From Centroscyllium fabricii (Eukaryota): a DNA stretch of 64,000 nucleotides. Under the pieces are notes generated by a model, which saw only the letters and a program-made list of their open reading frames with translations, did no database searches and was not told the DNA's origin. A program made the position numbers and the translations under genes. This document shows positions 37,079 to 47,326 of the stretch, piece by piece. The stretch lies in assembly GCA_051313645.2 (NCBI GenBank), contig JBNRSN020000001.1, positions 523,714,001 to 523,778,000 of the forward strand, read 5' to 3'. The stretch's first letter is position 1; each line of letters opens with the position of its first letter.

Positions 37079-37871
37079 GATTGTTGAGGTGGGTTCCCAA
37101 AAGAAATATTTTGGTTTTACTGCTGTGACTTTCATTAGTGATTTGTTTTCTTGCTAACTTTCTTCCCTTCCCTCCGCTCCTGAAGCCATTTAGGTCGATT
37201 TTCACTTGCTTTGCCTGAGGTTAATGGGACGGGAACGGCCTCGAAACGGATTTGGCAGCCGTATGGCTCCATTAACCGCGGCGATGCGTCCGGCTCCATT
37301 TTGAAAGGGGCCTACTGTCGGAGTCCAAAGTGCCCGTCTGTTTCAGGCATTAGGGACGTTCTGATATGCAAATCAGGGTCCTACGACGTAAATAAAACCA
37401 CGATTTCCATTTTTTAAGTTGAAACCGGTGCGGGCTCCGATCAATTCCACGAGCGATGGAGCTGAAAAGGTCCGGCAACTGTAAGTTTGGAATTATTTTT
37501 GCAGAATTGCTCCCCCAGTCTTTGCAAAATTATTCAGGGCCACTGTCGCTCTGGGACTCCACCTGCATGATTTTGCTTCAAATACAGGCCAGCGTGCTCT
37601 GCCGGTCGTTTGCCCGAAAGTCAAAATAAACACCACTGACTCCTTGCTGGCGGATTAGTGCTGATTCTGTGACTGTGCCATCCCGGGGAAGAGCAGCACC
37701 AACAGCGAGTGCAGGTCAGGAAATTATCGTGCCACTAATTGCTACCCTGCTGAGATAATCTATCTCAACACAGTCTGGGAATCAAAGGGTGTTGGAAGCA
37801 GATTCAATAGTAACTTTCAAAAGAGAATTGGATAAATACATTTGTAGGGCTATGGGGACAAAGCAGGGAGT

Positions 37872-38574
37872 TTTTTTTAATCCATTGATGGGATGTGGGC
37901 GTCGCATGCTGGCTAGGCCTGCATTTAGTGCCCATCCCTAATTGCCCTTGAGAAGATGGTGGTGAGCCGCCTTCTTGAACCACTGCAGTCCATATGGTGT
38001 AGGTACACCCACAATGTTGTTAGGAAGGGAGTTCCAGGATTTTGGCCCAGCGACAGTGAACGAGCGGCAATGCAGGTCCAAGTCAGGATGGTGTGTGGCT
38101 TGGAGGGGAACTTGTAGGTGGTGCTGTTCCCATGCGTCTGCTGCCCTTGTCCTTCTAAGTGGTAGATGTCACGGGTTGGAAGGTGCTGTTGAAGGAGCTT
38201 TGACAAGTTGCTGCAGTGCATCTTGTAGATGGTACACACTGCAGCCACAGTGCGCCAGTGGTGGAGGGAGTGAATGTTGAGGGTGGTGGATGGAGTGCCA
38301 ATCAATCGGCCTGCTTTGTCCTGGATGGTGTCAAGCTTCTTGAGTGTTGTTGGAGCTGCACTCATCCAGGCAAGTGGAGAGTATTCCATCACACTCCTGA
38401 CTTGTGCCTTGTAGATGGTGGAAAGGCTTTGGGGAGTCAGGAGGTGAGACACTTGTCACACAGCCTCAGGCCTGCTCTTGTAGCCACAGTATTTATATGG
38501 CTGGTCCAGTTCAGTTTCCGATCAATGGTAACCCCCAGGATGTTGATAGTGGGGGATTCAGCGATGATAATGCC
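37872..38574 (-). mobile_element. CR1/L2-group LINE 3' fragment nested in a CR1 tail
   Basis: YKAQVRSVMEYSPLAW motif; polyA tail at about 37872. Confidence 0.8.
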
Positions 38575-38583
38575 AGTGGGACT

Positions 38584-39465
38584 GTAACAAAATACTGCAG
38601 ATGCTGGAAATCTGAAATAACAACAGAAAATGCTGGAAAAAATCTCAGCAGTTCAGGCAACATCCGTAAGAGAGAAATAGGAGTCAACGTTTCGGGTCGG
38701 GGCCCTTTATCGAGACTGAAATTAAACAGCCGAGAAGGACAGAAGAGGGCTGTGAGAGAACAAAGGGATGAGAAGAGACAATGAGCATTATTCAAAACGA
38801 GACGAGGTGTAATAGGACCGAAGACAGCTCAAGATTAGGTGTGAAATGCGCCGGCTGAATAGGAGACCGCTGCTCTGTGGGAGAGAGAAAAAAAAGTGCA
38901 GGGGGGGCGGGGGAGGGCCGAGGCAAAGGTGTGGATAATGTAAAAAAAGGTGAAAATGTAAAGGGTTATGATCTGAAATTGTTGAACTCGATATTGAGTC
39001 CGGACGGCTGTAAAGTGCCTAATCAGAAGATGAGGTGTTGTTCCTGGAGCTTACGCTGAGCTTCGGTGGAACAATGTAATAGGCCAAGGACAGAGAGATC
39101 AGAGTGGGAGTGAAGCAGAGAATTAAAGTGACAGGCGACCGGAAGCTCAGGATCACCCTTGCGGACTGAACGGAGGTGTTCCACAAAGTGGTCACCCAAT
39201 CTGCGTTTGGTCTCCCCAATGTAGAGGAGACCACATCGTGAGCAGCGAATACAGTATACTAGATTGCAAGAAGTACAAGTAAATCACTGTTTGACCTGGA
39301 AGGGGTGTTTGGGGGCCCTGGACAGTGGGAAGGGGGAGGTGTAAGGGCAGGTGTTGCATCTCCTGTACTTGCACGGGAAGGTGCTAGGCGAAGGGAAAGG
39401 GCTGCTGGGGGTGATAGAGGAGTGGACTAGGGTGTCTCTGAGGGAGCGGTCCCTACGGAAAGGGG
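38584..39465 (-). mobile_element. Penelope-like element (family B), 5'-truncated
   Basis: GIY-YIG coding region, 3' terminal repeat with a degenerate hammerhead (about 38682-38718); TSD AGTGGGACT (38575-38583, 39466-39474). Confidence 0.88.
38966..39460 (-). pseudogene. GIY-YIG endonuclease domain of a Penelope-like element
   Basis: Manual translation FTCTSCNLVYCIRCSRCGLLYIGETKRRLGDHFVEH...PVACHFN...GLNIEFNNFRS*, with an internal stop. Confidence 0.88.
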
Positions 39466-39705
39466 AGTGGGACTAATTGGATAGCTCTTTCACAGGCGCA
39501 ATGGGCAGAATGGCCTCCTTCTGTGCTGTATCATTCCACGATACTCTGAAGTTGGGACATTCCCAGCCCATCTCATGTCTCAGATATTCATCGGATAAAG
39601 TTGCTGAGAAAAAAAAAATCACTTCACACTAGCTCCTCGTACCTTTATTGTTGGTATCCCATGGTACAACAAACCTGTACATCTAGTGTGTTTGGAAGTC
39701 AGTGG

Positions 39706-40620
39706 AACAACAACAACTTGCATTTATAGAGCAACTTTGATGTAGAAAAACATCCCAAGGTACTTCACAGAGGTGTAAGGAAGACAGCGGACACTTTTCC
39801 AATGAAGCAGATATTAGAAAGTGTGAACAAAAGCTTAGTCAGAGAGGTACGATTTACATAGAAACATAGAAGATAGGAGCAGGAGTAGGCTATTCGACCC
39901 TTCGAGCCTGCTCCGCCATTCAATGAGATCATGGCTGATCATCCAAACCAAGCACCCTGTTCCTGCCTTGTCCCCATATCCCTCGATCACTATCGAGCCT
40001 GCACCGACACATATCCCACCCTATCCCCGTAACCCCAGATATTCAATCCCCCTAACACGAAGGGTCAATTTATCATGGCCAATCAACCTAACCCGCACAT
40101 CTTTGGACTGTGGGAGGAAACCGGAGCACCCGGAGGAAACCCACGCAGACACGGGGAGAATGTGCAAACTCCACACAGACAGTCACCCGAGGCTGGATTT
40201 GAACCCGGGTCTCTAGTCTAAGGAGGTTCTTAAAGAGGAACAGGAAGCTCGTGATGCAGGGGCATTTAAGAAGTGATTTAAAGAGCATGGAGCCAAGGCG
40301 ACTGAAGGCATGCCTGTCAATGGTGGCATGAAGGCAAGAGGTATGTCAGAGAATGAAGAGTTCAGGGAGGATGGTAGCACTTGAGAGAGTTACAGAAATA
40401 GGGAGGAGTAAATCCGTGAATAGATTTTCAATTTGAGGCTTTGAGGAACTGGAGCAGATGTCGGTCCTCGAGGGTAGAATGATTGGTGAGTGGGACTTGG
40501 TGCAGGATAGGAGGCAGGCAGCAGAGTTTTAGATGGACTGGCATTTACAGAGTGGAGGATGGGAGATTGATCAGGGGAGCATTGGAATAGTCAAGTCTAG
40601 AGGTGACAAAGGCATGAATA
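39706..40620 (-). mobile_element. Old L2 fragment, interrupted by an HE1-like SINE (39857-40216)
   Basis: ACAACAACTTGCATTTATA tail; GGAATAGTCAAGTCTAGAGG as in the L2 at 15740. Confidence 0.7.
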
Positions 40621-41651
40621 AACAAGATGTGGAGGTGCCGGTTTTGGACTGGGGTGGACAAATGTAAGAAGTCACACAACACCAGGTTATAGTCCAACAG
40701 TTTTATTTGAAATTACAAGCTTTCGGAGCGCTGCTCCTTCACCAGGTGTAAGAGAGATGCATTTAAACACAGCATATATAGACGGAGAACAATGTAATCT
40801 TTCCAACTGCCCTTCATCACACCTCGGCAGAGAGACATTCATAGCAATCAAAGGTGTGAACGGTGTTTTAACAGATCAGTCAGCCAGGCAGGCACCACCC
40901 TAGGAACAATGAGGTACAGTCACAAAGGGTCAAATGATGCAGTCTGGGTCTGTGTGAAGTCCCACACAGAACAATTTTTTTTAAAGATTTATCTTGCTGG
41001 AAATCGCAGCCGGTTCAGCCGCATCTGCGTGGTGAGGACAAGCCAAAGACGACTCGAGTCTGGATGACTGTACGTCAGGTGGGGTCACATGTAGCGCGAC
41101 ATGAAGCCAATATCTCGTTTAGGCTGCACTCATGAGCACGGCCTCAACCGAGATATTGGCTTCATGTCGCGCTACATGTGACCCCCACCTGACGTAGAGT
41201 CATCCAGACTCGAGTCGTCTTTGGCTTGTTCTCACTACGCGGATACGGCTGTACCGGCTGCGATTTCCAGCAAGATAAATCTTTTTTTTAAATTGTTCTG
41301 TGTGGGTTTTCACACAGACCCAGACTGCAACATTTGACCCTTTGTGACTGTACCTCATTGTTCTTCTGATGGTGCCTGCTTGACTGATCTGTTTAAACAC
41401 CATTCACACCTTTGATTGCTATGAATGTCTCTCTGCTGAGGTGTGATGTAGGACAGTTGGAAAGATTACATTGTTCTCCGTCTATATATGTTGTGTTTAA
41501 ATGCATCTCTCTTACACCTGATGAAACATAGAAACTAGGAGCAGGAGTAGGCCATTCGGCCCTTCGAGCCTGCTCCTAGCAACGCTCCGAAAGATTGGGA
41601 TTTCAAATAAAACTGTTGGACCAAAACCTGGTGTTGTGTGATTTCTTACAT
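40621..41651. mobile_element. Palindromic Penelope-like insertion 1 (family A)
   Basis: Arms 40662-41124 and 41141-41651 are inverted copies; 16-nt loop; ORF end THEHGLNRDIGFMSRYM*; probable TSD CATGAATA. Confidence 0.88.
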
Positions 41652-41656
41652 GAATA

Positions 41657-42125
41657 GGAGGCGGTGGCATCATGGTTATGTCACTAGACTAGTAAGCCAG
41701 TGGCTCAGTCAAATGCTCTGAGGATATGGGTTCAAATCCCACCACGGCAGCTGGTGGAATTTAAATTCAATTCAATTTAATTCTGAAATTAAATGTTAGT
41801 CTTAGTAATGGCGACCATGATACCATTGTCGATTGTTGCAAAAACCCATCTGGTTCACTAATGTCCTTTAGGGATGGAAATCTGCCGTCCTTACCTGGTC
41901 TGGCCTACATGTGACTCCAGACCCACAGCAATGTGATTGACTCTTAATGCCCTCTGAAATGGCCCAGCAAGCCACTCAGTTGTAAACAACCGCTACAAAA
42001 AACAATAAGACTGCAGCGGTTCAAGAAGGCGGCTCACCACCATCTTCTCAAGGGCAATTAGGGATGGGCACTAAATGCAGGCCTAGCCAGCCAGCGACGC
42101 CCACATCCCATCACCGAATAATAAA
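41657..42125 (+). mobile_element. tRNA-derived SINE with the tail of the GGGCAATAAATGCTGGCC LINE family
   Basis: A-box GGTGGCATCATGG, B-box GGTTCAAATCC; 3' end matches 61455-61546. Confidence 0.75.
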
Positions 42126-42439
42126 AAAAAACAATACTGAGCTACAGGCTTTACATTGGAACCGAACTACCATCATATTATTTTCAGATCCTAATGCCAT
42201 TCATTCTATTGGACCCATGCATGGAGAACGATCATTCTCTTCCTGATACAGCAATGCCATTGTGACTTGCTCGGATCCAGATTTTGCATCTGATTACACA
42301 GTCACCATGAATAACATCCTTGTTTAATCTTCCTGGAATACTGCTCCAGACATCTGGGTAGTTAAACGCATCATCTGCTAGGAGCTTCCCTCGGCCACGA
42401 AGTGATGATATGCGCGTGGTGGAGTAGGCAACATATAAG

Positions 42440-42862
42440 GACATAAGAACATAAGAATTAAGAGCAGGAGTAGGTCATACAGCCCCTCGCGCCTGCTCCG
42501 CCATTCAATAAGATCATGGCTGATCTACAACCTCAACTCCAATTTCCCGTCCGATCTCCGTATCCCTCAATTTCTCTAGAGTCCAAAAATCTATTGATCT
42601 CAGGCTTGAATATCTTCAAAGACTTGGCATTCACAGCCCTCTGGGGCAGAGAATTCCAAAGATTCACCACCCTCTGAGTGAAGAAATTCCTCCTCATCTC
42701 AGTCTTAAATGGCTGACCCCTTATCCTGAGACTATGCCCCCTAGTTCTAGACACTCCAGCCAGGGGGAAACAACCTTTCAGCATCTATCCTGTCAATCCC
42801 CCTTCAGAATCTTATATGTTTCAATGAAATCACCTCTCATTCTTCTAAACTCCAAAGTGTAT
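42440..42862 (-). mobile_element. CR1 3' fragment
   Basis: TRGHSLRIRG...RRNFFTQRVVNLWNSLP motif. Confidence 0.88.
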
Positions 42863-43019
42863 ATGTCTATAGCTAACTTAACCTTCCTTCCCTCTGTAGC
42901 CTACCATTACACCTCTCACCATTCATGGGATACTCTGCTTCTCTCTCCTCTTACCATTGTGGCAATAATTCAAGGACCCAACAGCTTACCACAAGCTCGA
43001 TGATATAGACAAAAACAGA

Positions 43020-43155
43020 TAGTTCTGAAGAAAGGTCATCGACCTGAAGCGTTGACTCTGTTTCTCTCTCCACCGATGCTGCCTGGCCTGCTGACTTTCT
43101 CCAGCGTTTTCTGTTGTTGTTTCAGATTTCCAGCATCCGCTGTATTTTGCTATTG
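43020..43155 (+). mobile_element. Penelope-like family B terminal fragment with a mutated hammerhead
   Basis: agtt-CTGAAGA-a-aggtc atc gacct-GAAG-cgtt-gact. Confidence 0.72.
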
Positions 43156-43294
43156 CAAAAACAGATAGTATTGACTTAATCATGCTTTCTATTATTGAAA
43201 GAAAAGACCAACACATACAAATATTGCAATTCTTCACAAACCGCTTTCTCAATTTTCTCCCAATTTCTCTCAAAGGCTTATTGTTTCATGGGTG

Positions 43295-44037
43295 TGGAGG
43301 TGCCGGTGTTGGACTGGGGTGGACAAACGCAAGAAGCCACACAACACCAGGTTATAGTCCAACAGTTTTATTTTAAATCACAAGCTTTCGGAGCGCTGCT
43401 CCTTCCTCAGGTGAAGTGTCGAGATTCATTTAAACATAGCATATACAGAGAGAGAGAGAACAATGTGGTCTCTCCAACTGTTTCACATCACACCTCAGCT
43501 GAGGGACATCAAAGCAATCAAAGGTGTTCTAACATATCAGTCAACCTGAGATCAAAGGGTGCAGTCAGAAAGGGTCAAATGTTACAGTCTGCTGTCCTTG
43601 AAAATTCCACAGAATGATTTAAAAACAAGGATTTTTCTTACTGAAAATCGCAGAACAAGCCTGACGTAGAGTCATCCAGACTCGAATCATCTTTGGCTTG
43701 TTCTGCGATTTTCAGTAAGAAAAATCCTTGTTTTTAAAAATCATTCTGTGGGATTTTCAAGGACAGCAGACTGTAACATTTGACCTTTTGTGACTGCACC
43801 CTTTGACCTCAGGTTGACTGATATGTTAGAACACCTTTGATTGCTTTGATGTCCCTCAGCTGAGGTGTGATGTGAAACAGTTGGAGAGACCACATTGTTC
43901 TCTCTCTCTCTATATACATGCTGTGTTTAAATTAATCTTGACACTTCACCTGAGGAAGGAGCAGCGCTCCAAAAGCTTGTGATTTAAAATAAAACTGTTG
44001 GACTATAACCTGGTGTTGTGTGGCTTCTTGCGTTTGT
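43295..44037. mobile_element. Palindromic Penelope-like insertion 2 (family A)
   Basis: Arms 43323-43661 and 43695-44037; 33-nt loop; 14-bp TSD TTGTTTCATGGGTG (43281-43294, 44034-44047). Confidence 0.9.
43378..43414 (-). ncRNA. Minimal type I hammerhead ribozyme motif (family A), intact
   Basis: tcac-CTGAGGA-a-ggagc agc gctcc-GAAA-gc-tt-gtga. Confidence 0.75.
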
Positions 44038-44317
44038 TTCATGGGTGCCAGCAGCTCTCTGGTACTTTGCCCAAATGGCTATTCCTCATGTGTGAGCCAA
44101 GACAGTGAATGTCAAGAGCCTATTCAACTGTTAAGGGCGTTACAGCTGATCCCAGCCTTGTCTTCATCAATATCCAAAACATGTGCTTTCTACCAAGGGT
44201 CACTGCTGGTGATCAAATGTGAGAACGCAGCTGAATCCTGTTGTAGCATGACTGCTACTGCCTGGCTCGGGTCAACAAACTCAGCAAAGAGCAGGGATTG
44301 ACCTTGGGAACTTACTA

Positions 44318-44689
44318 CAGGTTGAACACCGGTAATCCGGCACCCGATGGTCCGGCAGCTTCAGTGGTTCGACACGATTGGTAACCGGCGCTCTTCATTT
44401 TTGCGGAGCAGCCGCTCGGCAGCGCCACCGTTTCCCACAAAGGGTGAGCGAGCGCCGAAGGCGTCGGGCGTTCTGTTATTTTAGGTTTTGTAAGTGTTCT
44501 ATCCCCGGGCTCCCTCCTGGGGAGTGTTCTACCCGCGCGCTCCGGGCCGGGGGAGTGTTCTACCCGTGCGTTCCGGGCCCCGGGAAGTGTTCTACTGCGC
44601 GCTCCCCCCGAACCTTCAGTGGTTCAGAATTTTCAGTGGTCCGGCATCGGCCTGGTTCCAACGGTGCCGGATTAACGGTGTTCAACCTG
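44318..44689. mobile_element. pogo/Tigger-like MITE (short version of 7458-8891, reversed)
   Basis: TIR CAGGTTGAACACCG, TA TSD, about 4 minisatellite units. Confidence 0.85.
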
Positions 44690-44844
44690 TAGTACCGAAG
44701 GCCCAGCACCCCATTAGTTAATGAAATTGCTCATTAAGTCTTTGGGAGTATTTCATAAATATGTAAGGAAAACAGTGCAAGATTCAAAGGATTACCACTT
44801 TCTTCACACCAAGCAAGATCCATCTTTCTGTTTCACTATTGCTA

Positions 44845-45328
44845 TCACCAGGTTGATACCTGGGATGGCAGGAATGACATATGAGGAGAGATTGGGTCGA
44901 TTGGGCTTATACTCGCTGGAGTTTAGAAGAATGAGAGGGGATCTCATTGAAACTTATAAAATTCTAACAGGACTGGACAGACTAGATGCAGGAAGGATGT
45001 TCCAAATGGTCGGGGAGTTCAGAACCAGAGGTCACAGTCTAAGGATAAGGGGTAAGCCATTTAGGACACAGATGAGGAGGAATTTCTTCACCCAGAGAGT
45101 GGTGAACCTGTGGAATTATCTACCACAGAAGGCAGTAGAGGCCAATTCATTAAATATATTCAAGAAGGAGTTGGATATATTACTTAAGGCTAAAGGTATC
45201 AAGGGATATGGGGAGAAGGCAGGGACAGGGTACTGAGTTTGGATGATCAGCCATGATCTCATTGAATGGCGGAGCAGGCTCGAGGGGCTGAATGGCCGAC
45301 TCCTGCTCCTATCTTCTATGTTTCTATG
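44845..45328 (+). mobile_element. CR1 3' fragment whose tail matches the HE1-like SINE tail
   Basis: TRLIPGMAG...WNYLPQKAVEA...GYGEKAGTGY*; tail TGGATGATCAGCCATGATCTC...TTCTATG. Confidence 0.9.
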
Positions 45329-46211
45329 AATGCAGGAGACATTCATTGGTGATCGGAGGGGCATTGAGAATTAAACCCAGATTGCGCAGCTTTTTCGTCA
45401 TGCTTACTGCAGCAGATGTGATCAGAAAGCCTGCAGAGGGCACTGTACATGGAGAACACAATTCCTAATATGTATATGTATATATATCTCACGCAGTCTG
45501 AATAACTGGGATTCTTGGCAAATATTCAACAAGTCAGCTTTGTCAAAGTCCGAATATGTAGGTCACTCAATGCACCAACAGAAATGTTCTGTGTCAACCA
45601 AGTAAACCAGTTCTGTATAACTTAAATCCTCAAATGTGAATGCGACTGTAAAAAAAAAACAGAATGAGCCACTGAGGTTAATTAACTCTTTTTCCCATCT
45701 GGCGAGTTTGTTTTTTTTCTTTTCGTGCAGCTTTTGGAATTCCAGTGGGTTTCAGGCTAGACGTCTGCAATCAGCAGAATCAGCTATAACCTGCTTAAGT
45801 GAAAACTCTTTTTAAGAGCGTTGCTGTGGAGTGATGGTTCTTAGTGGGCTATTTCTCCAGTTTTAAATGAACTTTAGATGCTTTGCATCGGCCTTACACT
45901 GAGGCCAAGATTGATTACACCAGTGGCTCAGCTTCACAGTGAATTCAAAGCTGAGGATTCGGAAGGTCAAAAACAAAATGCCACATGTTGAATCGCCTAA
46001 TTACAGAGTACTACTTCGCCTTTATATTTGTGTAACACCATTACCTTACTGAATCAGCTAAAATGGAACACAATTAATCACTGCAACATGCTCAGGAATC
46101 AAACCTGAGACTTTCCTGTTCTATACCAGGCAGCATCTTTAACAGTCTCACTTAATAACGTTTCATTACTGCATTCATATTTATTTTTTGCTTCTTCTTT
46201 ATCCCATTTCC

Positions 46212-46683
46212 GTGGCTCAGTGGGCCGCACTCTCTCTCGCCTCTGAGTCCGAAGGTTGTGAGTTCACAGTCCCCACTCCAGGGACTTGAGCACACAAAGC
46301 TAGGCTGACACTCTCCCAGTACAGTGCAGAGGGAGTGCCGCACTGTCGGAGGTGTCGTCTTTCGGATGAGACATTAAACTGAGGCCCCGTCTGTTCTCTC
46401 AGGTGGGCGTAAAAGATCCCATGGGTACTATTTTCGAAGAAGAGCAGGGGAGTTATCCCCGGTGTCCACGGCCAATATTTATCCCTCAACCAACATAACA
46501 AAAAACACATTATCCAGTCATTGTCACATTGCTGTTTGTGGGAGCTTGCTGTGCGCAAATTGGCTGCCGCGTTTCCCACATTACAACAGTGACTACACTT
46601 CAAAAAATGTACTTCATTGGCTGTAAAGTGTTTTGAAACGTCCGGTGGTCGTGAAAGGTGCTATAGAAATGCAAGCCTTTCTT
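46212..46683 (+). mobile_element. Deu-domain SINE
   Basis: Same structure as 31500-31940. Confidence 0.85.
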
Positions 46684-47326
46684 TGACGCTGCGGGCACAC
46701 ACCAGGGCAGCCTCCTCGACCTCAGCCTAGGGGCCATCCCTCATTTCTAAATCTACGCAGCGAACGTCAGCAGACTGTGCTGTCGTGGAGGGCATCACGG
46801 CCAGACCTGATCCTGTTCTGAGTCTAAATCTGCGCTATCCAGCGGGGTTCTTCAATAGCAAGCAGGAGTTAGGACCCTGGCTGATTTCTTTTCCCCTTTC
46901 CTGACACAGGAGCACTAAGGTCAATAGATTATTCCTATTGCTCTCTGACGTATCGTCAATAAGACAAAGACGAGTAGTTACCTTAACTAGAGGCTTTTAA
47001 TCACTTTACAATGGAGCTAGTCTCCAGTCGAACATTGAGTACAGAATGAATGGGGGCAGGTCAGACCTCACCTATAAGGCGCTCACCTTAGGGGAGGAGT
47101 TAGAGGTGTGGCTGACCTGACCTCGCGACAGTGTCGTTATACAAAACTATATACAATGCACCCAGCCACTATACATGCTGGTCTGTAGTGTGCTCAACTA
47201 TATACACTGGTAATCATGATAACCACATTCACCCCTTCTTTGAAAATTGAGTCCGGCGGGGTGAATGGACAGAACCTGTTAGTGCAAGGAATTATTTGTT
47301 TTAGTATAGTATGGTATGAGTCCAGC

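Noticed and set aside
43295-44037. DNA-transposon (foldback/MITE) or pre-miRNA interpretation of the long palindromes
   Set aside because: Variable TSD lengths, variable fold-back points, a Penelope ORF end and hammerheads point to a retroelement origin.
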